A DNA stretch of 64,000 bases. It comes from the human T2T-CHM13v2.0 reference genome, Homo sapiens. The translations under genes and the position numbers were made by a program. The DNA lies in assembly GCF_009914755.1 (NCBI RefSeq), contig NC_060927.1. One strand, written 5' to 3'. The notes beneath the pieces were generated by a model. That model did no database searches. It saw only the letters and a program-made list of their open reading frames with translations, and had not been told where the DNA came from. Below, piece after piece: positions 11,846-28,455 of the stretch (positions within the stretch are counted from its first letter, which is position 1; each line of letters starts with the position of its first letter).

Positions 11846-14326
11846 CCACATCCTATAAACATGAGTGCATTTCTGCTGTAGTCATCAGAATAATACAGTT
11901 TACTATTTTTCTCAAAATTTAAACTGTATGCAGATGGCCAGAGAGGTTCAATAATTAACTTCCTGTTCCTGCATAATTTAGAGTTGCCCAGCCGCCTCTC
12001 CCCAGTCCTCTGTTTTTAATTTGGTGTGACTAGGTAAGTGGAAATGTTAAGCCCCACACCTTTTGTGGCTTGTGTGTCAAAACCCTCTTTTAAACCTGCT
12101 AGAAACTTCCTCCCAGAGCATACTGCAACGCTTTCAGGACGTGACGACTGAATCAGTCAGCTCTCTGTAGAATTTGGTTTTATGCAACTGCTGAAATAGC
12201 TAAGAAGCTTCTCCCTTTCCACTTACTGTTTTACTGCCTACCTTACCCAAAAATGTAGTGTGTCAGTGTTTCCTGCTAACTGCCTCATAACATATTCCAT
12301 TAAAACAGCAAAAATTTCTGGGAGGAAAGCCAGCAGTTTACATTTGTTCTGTTCCCTATGAGTATCTTGTTAAAACAAAAAAAGGCAGTGTTTTTATTTA
12401 TAGTAATAAAACTGAACTCTAAACTCAGAGAAGCTTTCTCTAGACTCACAATCCATGAGCTATCATCTGAAATTCACAAGTCTCTGAGAAGTCCTGGTTT
12501 CCATACTTCAGACATTTCACAGCTAAGTCTACCAATCACAGATATAATGAGCCCTGAAATTTTAGCTTTCGTAACACAATACCCATCTACTCCTTTATAT
12601 AGACAATACACATAAATTTAATGTGTACAATTTCAAGAAAAAAAAGGTAGGAAATTGGAAACTAGTGTCTCGATAAGAAAATATTTCGATTTTAGTTCTT
12701 TAACATAAAACGATTTTCCCTAAATTATTCCATTCCCACCATATTTTCTAACTAATTTAAATAAGAAAACTAATTTAATTAAGTTAACTGATTTAAGAAA
12801 GATTAAGAAAGATGATCTTTACTTAATGGAAAATGGTATTTTTATTGGATGCTAAAGGGAAATCCATGTAATATCAGATGACTGCCAAGCTCATAGTATC
12901 CTCTGAAAGAAAGTGGCCAGAACTGGCCCTTTCCTGTGTATAATGCTTTCAAATGTATATTGAGTGAAACCAACTTCAGTCCTTTCCCCACAACTGAATG
13001 CAGTGATTATCAGTGCACTAGTCAAAAACAATCACATTGGAGAAGGAGAAAAGAGAGGCCAGTCATCTCGAAGAACTTTGGCCTGAAATTCTACTCAATA
13101 AAGTTGCTCCATATTGAAAGATGATAAACTAAACCAATCAAATTCTCTTATTACTAAAAAATATAAATGTTAAATGAAAAGATATCCTATTAGATCCTAG
13201 ATAGTAGTTAATGGTTTCAAGTCTCCAAAAGGGATAGTATATCCCAATCTTGGAACTTTCACCCCTCTGTTTCTGTATAAACTTAATAAGCTCCCTTTCC
13301 ACAGGTAATTCGTGTGTGTTTCTTTCCTGCATTATTAAAAAGCTTGACTAATAACAATACCAGTGCTGGGGATAATGTATTTATTTTTGTGTGTTTGAAA
13401 TAATAATATTTTAAAATAAAGCCTTATCATTGACATCATAGATCATATTTCTTACTTGCAAATTCCATTACCATTGGGAACATGTTTAAAGGGAATACAA
13501 TTTGAAGGAACAAAAGGAATTAATTTAGCCAACAGTTGTTTATGAACATTGTATAATTGATAGAAGAAAACTTATTGCAAATAAATAAATGACCTAACTG
13601 ATTGTACTAAACTTCCATTTCCCTCAGGCTATGCATAGGTGTAAAGTAAAGCTTTTAAAATAAAAGGTTGGCAAATACCAAGTAGAAAACAAAATTACCC
13701 CCAATTCAAACCACAAACCAATTCCAATTATTACTAATGTTCTACCAGCAAAAGCAGATAACCAAAAATAAGAAAAGTGCAAATGCTATCCAGGCAAAAA
13801 TAAATAAACACACCAATTTATAGCCAAACTTTGAAAACAGACTTTTAGACAGCTATATGAACTATAGCACAGATCATTCCAAGGCCTAAAATGGGTAGAA
13901 TTAGATATAGAGGGGTTTTTATCTTAGCCTGGCTGATCATTATTTCTCTCATAATTTTACTTTCTCAATAATGTAAGCCCTAATGCAGTTTGCACAAATG
14001 TCATACTTTTCTATAATATATGCTACCCTCATATAATGTAATTATAATTCTATCTATAATGAAAAGATTAATGATTTTTTTACCTATAATTGGTTTTAGT
14101 AACAAGCCATGTTATCATTCTATTTCTGTTAAGGGCATATAGCTTCATACATTCCAGTTATTAGTGAACCTAAGCATTTTCTTGTGTTTTGGTCTTGCCT
14201 TTCTGATATTAGGCCTCATTTTCTTGCAGTGATTTGAAGACATGGTTCTGCTATGCTACTCCATCCATTAATACTTCACCTTCTTTATACCTGGCCTTGA
14301 AATGCTTAATGACATCTCTTTGTCGC

Positions 14327-14767
14327 TGTGTTAGTCCATTCAAACACTAATATAAAGAACTACCTGAGACTGTGAAATTTATGAAGAAAAGAGGTTTAGT
14401 TGACTCAGAGTTCCACAGGCTTAACAGGAAGCACGACTGGGAGGCCTCAGGAAACTTAAAATCATGGTGGAAGGTGAAAGGGAAGCAAGGACCTTCTTCA
14501 CATGGTGGCAGGAGAAAGAGAGAAAGAAGGGGGAAGTGCCACATGCTTTTAAACCATTGGCTGTCATAAGAACTGGCTCACTATCATGAGAACAGTATGG
14601 AGGAAACCCTCCCCCATGATCCATTCACCTCCCACCAGGCCCCTCCTCCAATTCAACATGAGATTTGGGTGGGGGAAACCCTCCCCCATGATCCATTCAC
14701 CTCCCACTAGGCCCCTCCTCCAATTCGACATGAGATTTGGGTAGGGACACAAATCCAAGCCATATCA
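14327..14767 (-). mobile_element. THE1/MSTA-type MaLR solo LTR with a 72-bp internal tandem duplication
   Basis: TG...CA termini and 5-bp TSD gtcgc (14322-14326) / gtccc (14768-14772). Contains 'gggaggcctcaggaaactta'. Confidence 0.9.
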
Positions 14768-15737
14768 GTCCCACACTTTTCTTGCCCGGTGACTCCCAAC
14801 CAGACTTTTTAGTTAACATGCAGCCCTCCCCTTTTAGTCCTACTTCCTTCCCTATCTTCAATCACTGCCAGTCTTTTTCTACTTTTGATTATTCTAACCC
14901 CTTGTGATATATTTGTTAAGTTTTGGATTGAAATGGTTGGATTGATTTTGTGGTATTGGTCTATTCAAGTAACTAGCTAAACTTAAGTGTCAGAAAAGAT
15001 CCAAATTTATCAGAAGTGTAGCAGAAGACAAATGTCAAAATCTAACTTCTAAAGAGAATATTGTATTTAAACAGTAGCAGCTTTACTTAAGGTGAACATT
15101 ATGAATTAAACTATTCAAAGGCACCAACCTAGAATGTGGCCTACTATTAGATTGCAAATTTAAAAGCAAGTCTGTAGAAAATTCAGCCCACCTCTTCCCA
15201 AACTGGCAGAACAAATTTTGGATGATCATAATTATTCTTCAACAACCCACCACTTTTTATCAGAAAGCAATTTAATTCAATTAGACTCATCAAACATTTA
15301 CTGGTGTTCTATTAGTGCTAGTCGTTTGTGCTAAATATTGTGAGAGAGCAATAATTTCAATGTAAATAGTGTTCTTCCCTGCACAAAAGGAGACAACTTG
15401 TGCAAGCCTGCAACTTGACCCTAGATACAAAGCAGTCTAGTGACTCTGCAAATGTAAATTACACGATTCTTTCATGAAGCAGCAGACACTAGATTTTAAA
15501 TCTACATAATGAAAGGTTTTGTATAAATATATCCTGAAAGTTTCCTGAACTCCTTGGTGGTGAGGGATAAGAGAAGTCTAACTTCAAAGCACTGTATAAA
15601 GGAGGAACCTAGTAGTCCTTGTATCTCACACACATCATCTAAGAAAGAGGGTGTCTTTTGTAACACAAAGGCCATGAAACAAGTTAAAACAAAATTTAAG
15701 AAGTTTCATCCTGAAATTCAGAGTTAAAGATGCACTG

Positions 15738-16032
15738 TGCTGGGCACGGTGGCTCATGCCTGTAATCCCAGCACTTTGGGAGGCCGAAACAGGTAGATCA
15801 CCTGAGGTCAGGAGTTCGAGACCAGCCTGGCCAATGTGGTGAAGCCCCGTTTCTACTAAAAATGCAAAAATTAGCCTGGTGTGGGGGTGCACGCCTGTAA
15901 TCTCAGCTACTTGGGAGGCTGAGGCAGGAGACTTGCTTGAACCCGAGAGGCAGAGGTGCCAAGATTGCACCATTGCACTCCAGCCTGAGCAATAGAGTGA
16001 GACTCCATCTCAAAAAAAAAAAAAAAAAAAAA
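15738..16032 (+). mobile_element. AluS-like SINE
   Basis: Full dimer with poly(A). TSD aaagatgcactg / aaaaatgcactg. Confidence 0.95.
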
Positions 16033-19000
16033 TGCACTGGCATTTTATCATCCAAATGCAACACTTCAGCATCATCAATAAGATTCTTTTTATTGTGTAT
16101 ACCTTAAATATACATAATTGTAAAAAAGAAAAGGAAAATCTTCTGACTACCTGATAGTTTCATTTTCCTTGTATCATTAGGTTCTTAGATCCTTTTATGT
16201 AATAACACTGCTTTACATAAAACTCTAGAGCTCTGCAGAAGTGCAATTTTTCAGCATTTTCTGCTGTAACTTCTATTAATCTAAGCAAAATAATACATTT
16301 AGTTGATCCCTTTTGGGCTTGCATCTCATTAGAAAAATGTAAAATTTTTCTGTAAAATGTAAAAAAATAGCCTCTCTCAAAAAATAAATATTTTTATTTG
16401 AACCAAAATTACATTTCTTAAGTATGTTTCAAATAATTATTTCAAAGCTCCTTAGCAACTCAAAATGCCAAAAGGAAATACTTTTCTGTTTGCTATAAGG
16501 GCCCCTATCTAAAAAAACAAAGGGCTATCAACTCAGCAACATCTTATACCAACCTATTCTAAATAGTTTGAAAATACACTGGTACAATTTGAAGTGGAAT
16601 GCATGACTCTTCTTAATAAATTAATGATTTTATCTACAGTACTGGCAAATAAAAAGGGTATATATAAACCAGGATAATATTTCATTCACTGGAATAACTC
16701 ATTAGAATAGAACTGAGAAAAAAAGAAAAGAACCAACACAGAAAAAAACAAAGGGAATATAACAATGAAATTTAAGATTTGTGAAAGAGTTTTATTTCTA
16801 TTTAGAAGAAAAAAAGTGAATACAGACTTCAGGGGTATAACCTCATCAAATAAATTAAATTTGACTAAAGCATGAAAAATGAACTAATAAAACATGAAAG
16901 GAAGAGATAGTAGATGACAAAAATACTTTTGCCTAAAATTCTTATTTTCCCTTTGATACAAACCCCATTGCTCCATTGTATGTCTGTTTAGTTTTGTTAT
17001 TCCTATCTAGGAGTAAGAAGTCAAATGAACCAGGGAAAAAAAATGTACCAAAAACCTTCTCCTTAGCCAAAATTTAAGGAGGAAATTTACAGGATCTGGG
17101 GAATTGTGGGGAGGAATACATGAACAGAATGGTAGCTGGATTCAAAAAGGCCCAGTCGGCCTTTTTGATCATCTCCAGTAATGACTAATATCAGTTACTG
17201 CTGGGCCTGCAAAGCTTCTAGACCTGCTGGGTAGCCATCTGAGTATTGAACTAAATGACCTTACATGATTTTCAAATACCGTAGTAGATCAATTGTGTTT
17301 TAGCATTTTGCACAGCTGGTTATTTGGTTAAATGTGGGCAATTCCCCAAAGCCCTCATTCTATTTTGGAATGTATCTATTCATTTAAAATACACTGCAAT
17401 GTGTTGCCTTGGATAGTGTGTTTGTACCATGGGGATTAGTTCAGCAACGCTGTGCTCCCACAAACAAAACATCCCTCCTGGAGAGATGGTTTCATTGGTC
17501 AAGCCATAAGTGCATACTATCTGATAACAGTTATTTTTAAACTGAGAAGCTATTAAGATTAGCCAAAGAATAAAAAGCTTTTGAAAAAGGAAAAAGAAAA
17601 AAAAGACCAGATGGCAAAAGTAACCACAAAATAATGTATGATCCAAAATAAAATCTGTCAACGTTGCCTGAGTTTTAATGCAATTTAAAAACAACTGAGT
17701 CACAAAATGCCAGAAAAATTGTCCACACATTCTAAAATAATTCAGCAGGCCAAATTATAAGACTTGCTACCAATGAGCATTCATTTATGGCATTTCAAGT
17801 TTATCAGAGAGCTTTCATGGTTTTTTTTTAGGTTAAAAATGTATATTATTTATTCCTATTATGTGGGAATTTCTTCCTAGCATTCAGAGAAGAAAACAGA
17901 AACCAATCTGTTCTTCCTCCCTTAGAAAGGAAAAGCAATGAGATTAAATCTTTTTAATCCAATGAGCCCTCCATTGCTGCTCCTAACAATAGGCCTGAAG
18001 ACTTTTCTGCTGCTGTTATTCAAGAGCTTGCTCCCTGGTCCCAGTTTATAATTTTTCCCCCAAGGTAATGGTTGTAAAGTCTTCTTCCTATCTTGCTTTA
18101 GCTTCGGAGCATTTGTTTGGAGATAAATGACTGAATAGTGCATTTGTTTAGTTATTCTTAAAGATACACTAGACGATGTTCATACCCAATCTGTCAGTGT
18201 CTCCCTCTGTGAATGGGAGTAATTTAAGTATCTATTTTTTTAAGAAATAAGAGCTAATGCAGGTAATGTACATGACACAGCACTTGACAGTTAGAACATG
18301 TTCCATGGCTGTTTTAGCTTATTATCAAATTCCCTCCTAAAATACAAAGAGGCACTTGAAACATCTTCAAAGAAATTTGTAGCTTGATATCTAAAGTCAA
18401 GAAGAGAAAAACTAAAAGAGAAGATAGAAAAACACCAAAGGTAAAAGACACTTTCATTTACTTTACTTTCCTTTAATTCATGGCACCATATCTGCTTCAC
18501 GTTCTACCCAGGTGTTAAAAGAATGAAATTTAGTTGCTTCTTCATTCCATCTTTTTTTTTCCTTTGCAGAACATTCCATCTATTTCAAGTACAGATTACA
18601 AAAATATCCAGTTTCTGAACATAATGGTTAACACTATGATATTTTTATTTGTTTGTGTTTTGAAAACCTAACATAAATAGAAAGTACAAAGAAGGATTGG
18701 GAGGTGGTAGTCAAGAGTAGGCTTCAAGTAATAAAAATCCTTACATAATTGACAAAATTGTCCCTAAAATAACTCCAAAAAGCAATCTAAAATGGATAAA
18801 AATATGTGCATACCTGAGTCTTTTATAGATTAGGTGCTTCAAAATTAATTTATTCTTTAAAAAGTGATTTAAAATGAAGATGTATATGGTTGCATGAGTA
18901 TGATGTTAAGAAAAATACAAGTCAAAGAAGCTCTCCCTAGAATTGTCTCATTATTATTGTTCTTCCAGTTTCCTAGGAAGGTCTCAAACTTAAAGTTTTG

Positions 19001-19502
19001 TTTCCTTTGCAAAGAAGCAAGGAAGAAATAAATAGATAACAGAGAAGCTGGAACCAACCCCAAGGGGTTAATGAGGGTGTTAGAGATGGAAGGTAGACAG
19101 GGCTAGGTAGTCGCTACAGCTGGGGATAATTAATAGCAATCAAGGGCCACTATAAACAAATCTGCAGGAAGTATGGAGGATCTGCATTTTCCTGGCTTGG
19201 TAGCAGGAGCCATCTGGACAGAGGGAATTTGGCTTAATATCCTCATCAGGGAACTCGGGTTTTTTTTTTTTTTTTTTTTTTTTAACCACTCCAGTATAGT
19301 AGGTCACTGAAGTAAACAAATTGAGCATGGTTATGCTATAACAGATTAAATTACTATCACAAATATAAAATCCACAATGGATTATGACTAACACAGCAAT
19401 ATAGGAATAATTTTACGGCTAGGAAAAAGTGGACACAGTTTTAAGAGCAATCGGGGAAAATTAAACAAAGGAGAGAAAAGAGGGAAAAAGTTATTGGTTT
19501 AT

Positions 19503-19508
<6 letters not shown>

Positions 19509-19555
<47 letters not shown>
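19509..19555. repeat. (TA)n microsatellite, ~23 units
   Basis: Directly visible in the sequence. Confidence 0.95.
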
Positions 19556-19558
<3 letters not shown>

Positions 19559-20349
19559 ATTCTCCAGAGTTTTTTTAAAAAAGAAATCATTGGTTGTTTA
19601 ATAGCATTCGAGTCAGCAGAACTGGCGACTGTGACCAAATCTGTTGGAAAAGACCATGTAGGCAGTCCTGCATTCGGGAGCGGCTAACGAAGATGAAAAG
19701 CAAGGATAATCTAGGGAAGCAGAAGCTGAAAGGCCAAACGGTGGGTTTTTGCAAGACCGTTTCTTCTGACTCTACACTCACAGCTCTCCATCATTTCTAC
19801 GCTGCTTCCAAACGTTTGCTACACTCACACCAGACACTAAATCTTTTAGTATTTTTTTTTCCAGCTTGGCATTTGCTTTACTGCTATATGGCTCCCTCTG
19901 TTCCTATCTATAGCTGGTAACATCTCGCTGTCAGGGGGACAGATAGGCTGATCTCCAGGATCCAAGGAGATTCTCCATCTATGAATCGCAGTCTCCCTTA
20001 ACTTATTTTCTCCCTTTTCGTATTGTCTATTCTTTAGAAGGGTGACTCTTTCAAACACTGAATCTACTTAAAACGTTGACTTCAGAATTTGGATAAATTA
20101 ATTCAAGAACTAATGCAAATTCAAGACCCTAACTTTACTATGACTTGAAGTTATCTATTTCTGATGACTATGAAAGACTGGATGTTAAAAAGTTGCTATG
20201 AGATACATTCACTATCAGTATCAGTTGGCTAATTCGATCCTAAGGGACATTCCAAAGATGTTGGAATACCTCATGGAGTTGAGCTCAAATCGCCAAAAAT
20301 GGCTATTAGGTCTAGCATTCAAGTTAAGGCCTCAGTGCACAGTAATATG

Positions 20350-20880
<531 letters not shown>

Positions 20881-21479
20881 TTATTTCTAGTAATTGCTTT
20901 TGAAAAATGTTATGACTTCCCTCCATTTTAGGCAGACTCACATTTGACTTGTACCCAATTGTGAAATTATAAATATTTTGCTGTGAATCATTCTACCTCT
21001 ACTTTGTGATTATTTTTTGTCAAGTGCATTATGTGCACACGATTCCCATCAAATAAAGGTGAAATTAATTTCTGGGTTTTTTTCTCTCCTGGGCAGCAAT
21101 TATAATTTACTTGGAATATGGTTTATTGTAAGTCATCAAATACATTTCCCAATAGTGCCATTGCATACCACCTATCTAAATATTTTTCTGCTGATTTATT
21201 TATCTATTCCTCAGAACAAAAATAAAGAAAGCCAAAAAAAGAAAGCCATATGACAAATAATATAATTTTCTTATCCAAGTTTCTTACAAGCTAATACATG
21301 TACATTTTAATATATTGACCCTCAATTTACAGTGATGATTTCAAATACCATAGAGGTTCTAACTAATTGTATGCCTTCCAAAAATTCTTAGTTTAGCCTT
21401 ACACAGGAGAAATTTACATTCAGCATAGACTACACTCAAAGAAGGAAAAATTTAGCCATTTGTTCAGACATGACAATCA

Positions 21480-21880
21480 TTCTTTTTTCAATCATTAAAT
21501 TAGCCAACATTTACAGAATAGTTAGATGTGCCAACACACTACTAGGCAGTATGAATATGATAGCACACAATACCTTGCTCTCATGGAGCTTAAATTATGG
21601 TGTGGAAGATAGAAAACTAATTACTCAATCACATATGTGATGTGTTAGATTGTAAACAGCTCTAAGGAGAAAAAGATAAAGTTAAGGAGGGAGGACATGA
21701 AGTGTGAAGATGGAAGATTGAGATGTTAATGTTGACTGGGGTGACTCAATGTGAAGGTGAGTTTTGGTGAAAAACCTGAAAGCACAAAGGAGCTTACTCT
21801 ACTGAGAGCCAAGGGAGAGGATGAAGAGAAGTACAAAGAGATGAGAGAAAAGTACTAGGAGACAGAGCATTTAGAGCCTT
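21480..21880 (-). mobile_element. L2 LINE 3' fragment
   Basis: 'caacatttac..aata...atgtgccaacac' and 'ccttgctctcatggagctta' are typical reverse L2 3' motifs. Confidence 0.6.
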
Positions 21881-22756
21881 TTCTTTGTATCTCCTTTGAA
21901 TCAGAAATAAATATTGTCTAGAAAATAATGCATAGTTTAATTGCCCTACAAAATATGGACTCCAGATTAGGATACCCTAAATAGGATATTTCAAAGAAAG
22001 AAATAGACTTTCGGCTAGTCATACCAAAACTCTGTATTAGCATGTACGTTATCTAAAGTGGGTCTTTTATAAACATCATCTTTGATTTAATTTAAGGCTG
22101 AAGAAACATATTAAAGAAAATATGATCATTGAATCTTCTTTCCTTATTTCCTAAGACAAATCACAGTGTTAATCATCTGGTAATTCACCTTCAGTTTAAA
22201 ATTATGGTAGAGGTCAAGAGGATTCGTAACAAAGGACTGGCCTCAAGCACCGCCAACGTAAAAGAACAGTTTACATCCCATGGTTAAAGAGTCTAAATCT
22301 GTAATACTCAGTGAAAACTCCTTCAGAAACTCCCTGAATTCACTATAGGTAAAAATCATTAAAAGCAGGGCATAGACAGGTCTATAAAAGAATCTAATAC
22401 TTTTACAACTTCAAGACCAAAAAAAAAAAAAAACTGTTCAACTGAGACATGAGGATTTTTAATGAAGAAAAGGTTTTAGTACTGAACCACCATTTAAAAA
22501 GTAGAGAACTAAGAAGATTCCAATTCAACTGACATCAATTAAGCAAGTGAAGAGACCTATGCTAGACACATAGAAAGGAAGCGATGTTACCATCTAACTG
22601 GGAAGACAGGTGTTCTTAATAACAACAAAGAAACACTAAATTTGATAACCAAAATAAAACCAAAAGTTTCAGGATCATTTTTACGACTTCAAGTATAAAT
22701 CTACTAGATAAAATAGAAATCTTCAACTAGTGTATGTGAAACATTTACAACTTCTT

Positions 22757-25024
<2,268 letters not shown>

Positions 25025-26061
25025 TACAACTTCTTCATCTAAGCAATATGATTATTTTTACCATGAAGAAGAAAGCTATTGTTTAGCTATTTCTCTATTT
25101 TGTAGCCATTTTGAGATACACTCTTCCCACATCTGATTGCTTTGCACCTCAAAGAAAACTCTACCAGTAAAAATATGGTTATTTTGACTTGAGAATAATT
25201 ATACTGACCTCTGAAAAGGAAAAAATGTATAAGAATAGATTGGAGAATTTCTCTTCTTCTGACTAGGAAGACAAATCTTTTAAAGATGGAAGTAGAACAC
25301 AATGTGGTTTCTATTATGCTGACCCTTCCATTTTACGTGGATGAAAGGGCCACTTGATACACAAAAAATATCTTGACAACACCCATCACCTCTAATCCTA
25401 CTCCCCTTTTCCTGATTGACTCCCATCAGGATTAATATCTACCTGAGCTAATCAACCCAGATCAGCTGACAGTTTACTGCAAGTCAAACCGAACAGAAAT
25501 TTATCAATCTGGTCAATGGTGGCAAAATCTAGAAATGTTAGTCTCTTCTTGCAGTTCCTGCCTGTGCTTTAAGTTAAAGAGCCCTACTACTACACCTACT
25601 ACCACCATCACACCAGAGCCTTCTCACCTATCGCCCATCACTACCAGCCACGTGTTGCCAATATTTCATCCAGATCTCAAGGTCCCTGAGGTTCTTACTA
25701 TAATTTAAGGTTAGATGGGAAAAAGAGAGAGAAGCAATTAGCAAAATAGCATCATTAGTCCCAGCAGAACCTTAGCTGGGGTCTCTGATTGCTGCCAGTC
25801 ATCTTCACCTGGTGAGTGAATTATCCTACAACCTTTAACAAGACTCACCTTGAGTAGTTATGCGTATCAAAATAGGTATAATTTGGCCACATTTCTATTT
25901 GGATATCACTTTTTACTGCCAGCCCTTCCCCTATTAGCTAAAGTTTTCTAGGTTTTGTGTAACTTACAGGTCTTTCCCTTTTGCTCATTTCTTCTCCACT
26001 CCACCACACACAGTGCAGAAGCAGTTCTCAACATGTTTCTTCAACTAGGTGCCAAGGTATA

Positions 26062-26140
26062 ATATGTTGGTGCCAAAGCGATTGTGGTTTTTGCCTTTAC
26101 ATTTAATGACAAAAAACACAATCGCTTTTGCACCAGCTAA
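26062..26140. mobile_element. MADE1 mariner MITE (~80-bp palindrome; this family is the source of miR-548 hairpins)
   Basis: Matches TTAGGTTGGTGCAAAAGTAATTGCGGTTTTTGCC...GGCAAAAACCGCAATTACTTTTGCACCAACCTAA, in a TA context. Confidence 0.9.
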
Positions 26141-26749
26141 TATATGGAGGTTATGAAATAATCCTTTGCTAAAGTGCCAAATTCTCCCTTCACAATGAAA
26201 TACTATTGTTTCCCACTATTAAAGTTGTTTGTCCAACTTGATAAGGCTCATCTTAAGCAATTTAGAAAAATAGAAATAAAGTTATATTCATTTGCACTTG
26301 CTTCTAAACTTCTGAAACTGGCATACAATATCAATCAAATGGGGAATCCAGAAGTACAATATAATCTATGTATCAGTCTTAAAAAGTACTCTCAAATTTA
26401 GGACACTGTTAATTTTTGACAGATGGACTTGCTATGCTAAAATTAATGGGTATTTTATACAAAATAAATTATGATTCAATTATTGAAATATATTTCCGCA
26501 GAAAAAGCAGACTTTTTATAATTTATCAAATCATGCCACACTTATTAGGAGATTATAACTTGTCTTCAAGTATTCACTCAACAAAACAACACAAATGTGG
26601 ACAGAGGCCACAAAAATGTTTAGGCCTCACACTATGGAGTATGAGTTTCCTATAGTTAATTTTTGATGAATACTTGTCCTTATCTATCATATGTGTATCA
26701 TATAATATGTATATATGTACATATAATATATACCCCTATACTTACATAG

Positions 26750-26888
26750 GTGCTTCCGCCGTCACTCAACACTCATTCTCTCTCCTGCCACCTTGTGAAG
26801 AGGTGCCTTCCACTATGATTGTAAGTTTCCTGAGGCCTCCCCAGCCATGCAGAACTGTGAGTCAATTAAACTTATGTTCTTTATAAAT
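26750..26888 (+). mobile_element. THE1C-like LTR 3' fragment within TA-rich sequence
   Basis: 'gtgaagaggtgccttccactatgattgtaagtttcctgaggcctccccagccatgcagaactgtgagtcaattaaa'. Confidence 0.8.
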
Positions 26889-27439
26889 ATATATGTGTAT
26901 ATATATGTATGCCTATATATACATTATATATATTCATATTCATACATTACATATATATTCTATTGACAAAATCTATTGTTTCTACATACATATTCTACCT
27001 CAGTAACTGCTTTGTACAAAACTTCTTCTCACTACCAAAGCCACAGTTAATCCTTTCTCTTCTTTACCCCATGACTCACTTGACTTTAACTCTAAGTCTT
27101 AAAATAGCTTTCCATAACATTTCTGATTAAGTCTAAAACCTATTTTGTGTATGTCCCATTTGAGTTTACAATGATCTCTCCCTAGGTTTCAATGCCTGTT
27201 CCACTTTTTTCACTCTTTTCCAAAAGTTCTCCTCAGCAGCCTACAATATCAACCTCTCCTGTCTTCCTCATTCCTCCTTGAAGCTTTCATAGTTAATAGA
27301 AAGAATTATTTTCCTCTCTCTAACCCTCCCTCCCAACCACAGCATGAAATCCCTTTGTTTCTCTTCTATCCTGTTCTCAAGGTTATGAACTAAATCCAGC
27401 CTTTTGCACATGTCATCAATTTTAAGTGCTTTTCTAATT

Positions 27440-27665
27440 TATTATTTTTAAATAGAGTTAAAGCTTGCACATTTTACATGTGTCAACTTATTTAATCTTT
27501 GCAAACACTCTATAAGGTAAGTGCATTGTGAGTCCCATTTCTCAGGGAAGGAAACTGAGGTGCACATTGTTTAATTGCTAAAGGTTGCACATTAGTGACT
27601 GGAAGAACTAGAATTTGAATAGAGACACTATGACTCCAGAGTTCATGCTCTTAGCCAGTACATTA
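27440..27665 (-). mobile_element. MIR SINE
   Basis: 'cccatttctcagggaaggaaactgagg' and 'tgactccagagttcatgctctta'. Confidence 0.75.
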
Positions 27666-28455
27666 AACTGCTCCTTTGTACTCAATATTTGTCCTTTTAT
27701 TTACATTTTTAAGGGCCTCACATCTGTGTTGTCTGCTCTAGTATACTAAAAATTCTATTGTTACAAAGACAATGCCAGGTTAATTCAAAGTATATTTGAA
27801 TTTTTTAACTTTTATTAATCATTAGAAGTTGATACATTCAGGGACTAACTAAATTGGACAGTGTCATATAAACTGCTAATACATCAGGGAAAAAAGACAA
27901 GGAAGAGAAGAGAGAAATATGATGAAGCCATATAAATAATATATTTGCTGAGATTTTTCTTCAAGAAATTAATCATCTGCTTTCAAAGTTGCCTACTGCC
28001 TCATACCATTGCTGAAAGATTAATATTCTAGTACCTTCAAATGGATCACTTACTTTGTCAGAGGTATTTGTGGGTTTTGGGTGTTTTTAAAAAATCAATA
28101 TAGTGCCCTAAATTTAAAAAGTGTGTTGCTGTTTACAGTATGCTTATACAGACATTATTGCGCTAAACTATATCAGCAATGACTTCTTCCTTCTTCCTGA
28201 CATAGAGTAAGTAAAAGTGACATAAACATGAGACTGAATTTCTTAGCAAAACTTTCATTTTTAGAAAATGAAAGCAATTCCTCATGATATATACACATCG
28301 TCCTTTTAATAAGAACTAGAATTCTATCTTAACCAGTAAAATTTATGTTACCCTTTCAGGAGCATTAATTTTGTGTCACTTTCTACTAAATAGTAATCAA
28401 AATAAAGAAATGAAAGGTTCAAAAGCCAACATCCATCCCCACACAGAATGGTAAG

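Noticed and set aside
17142-17168. Hairpin followed by a T-run, resembling a bacterial intrinsic terminator
   Set aside because: The context is primate nuclear DNA, so it is kept only as an inverted repeat.
18545-18632. Strong-looking splice acceptor (ttttttcctttgcag, ending 18569) followed by a short open frame
   Set aside because: There is no convincing donor and the peptide is not recognisable. It cannot be called an exon without transcript data.
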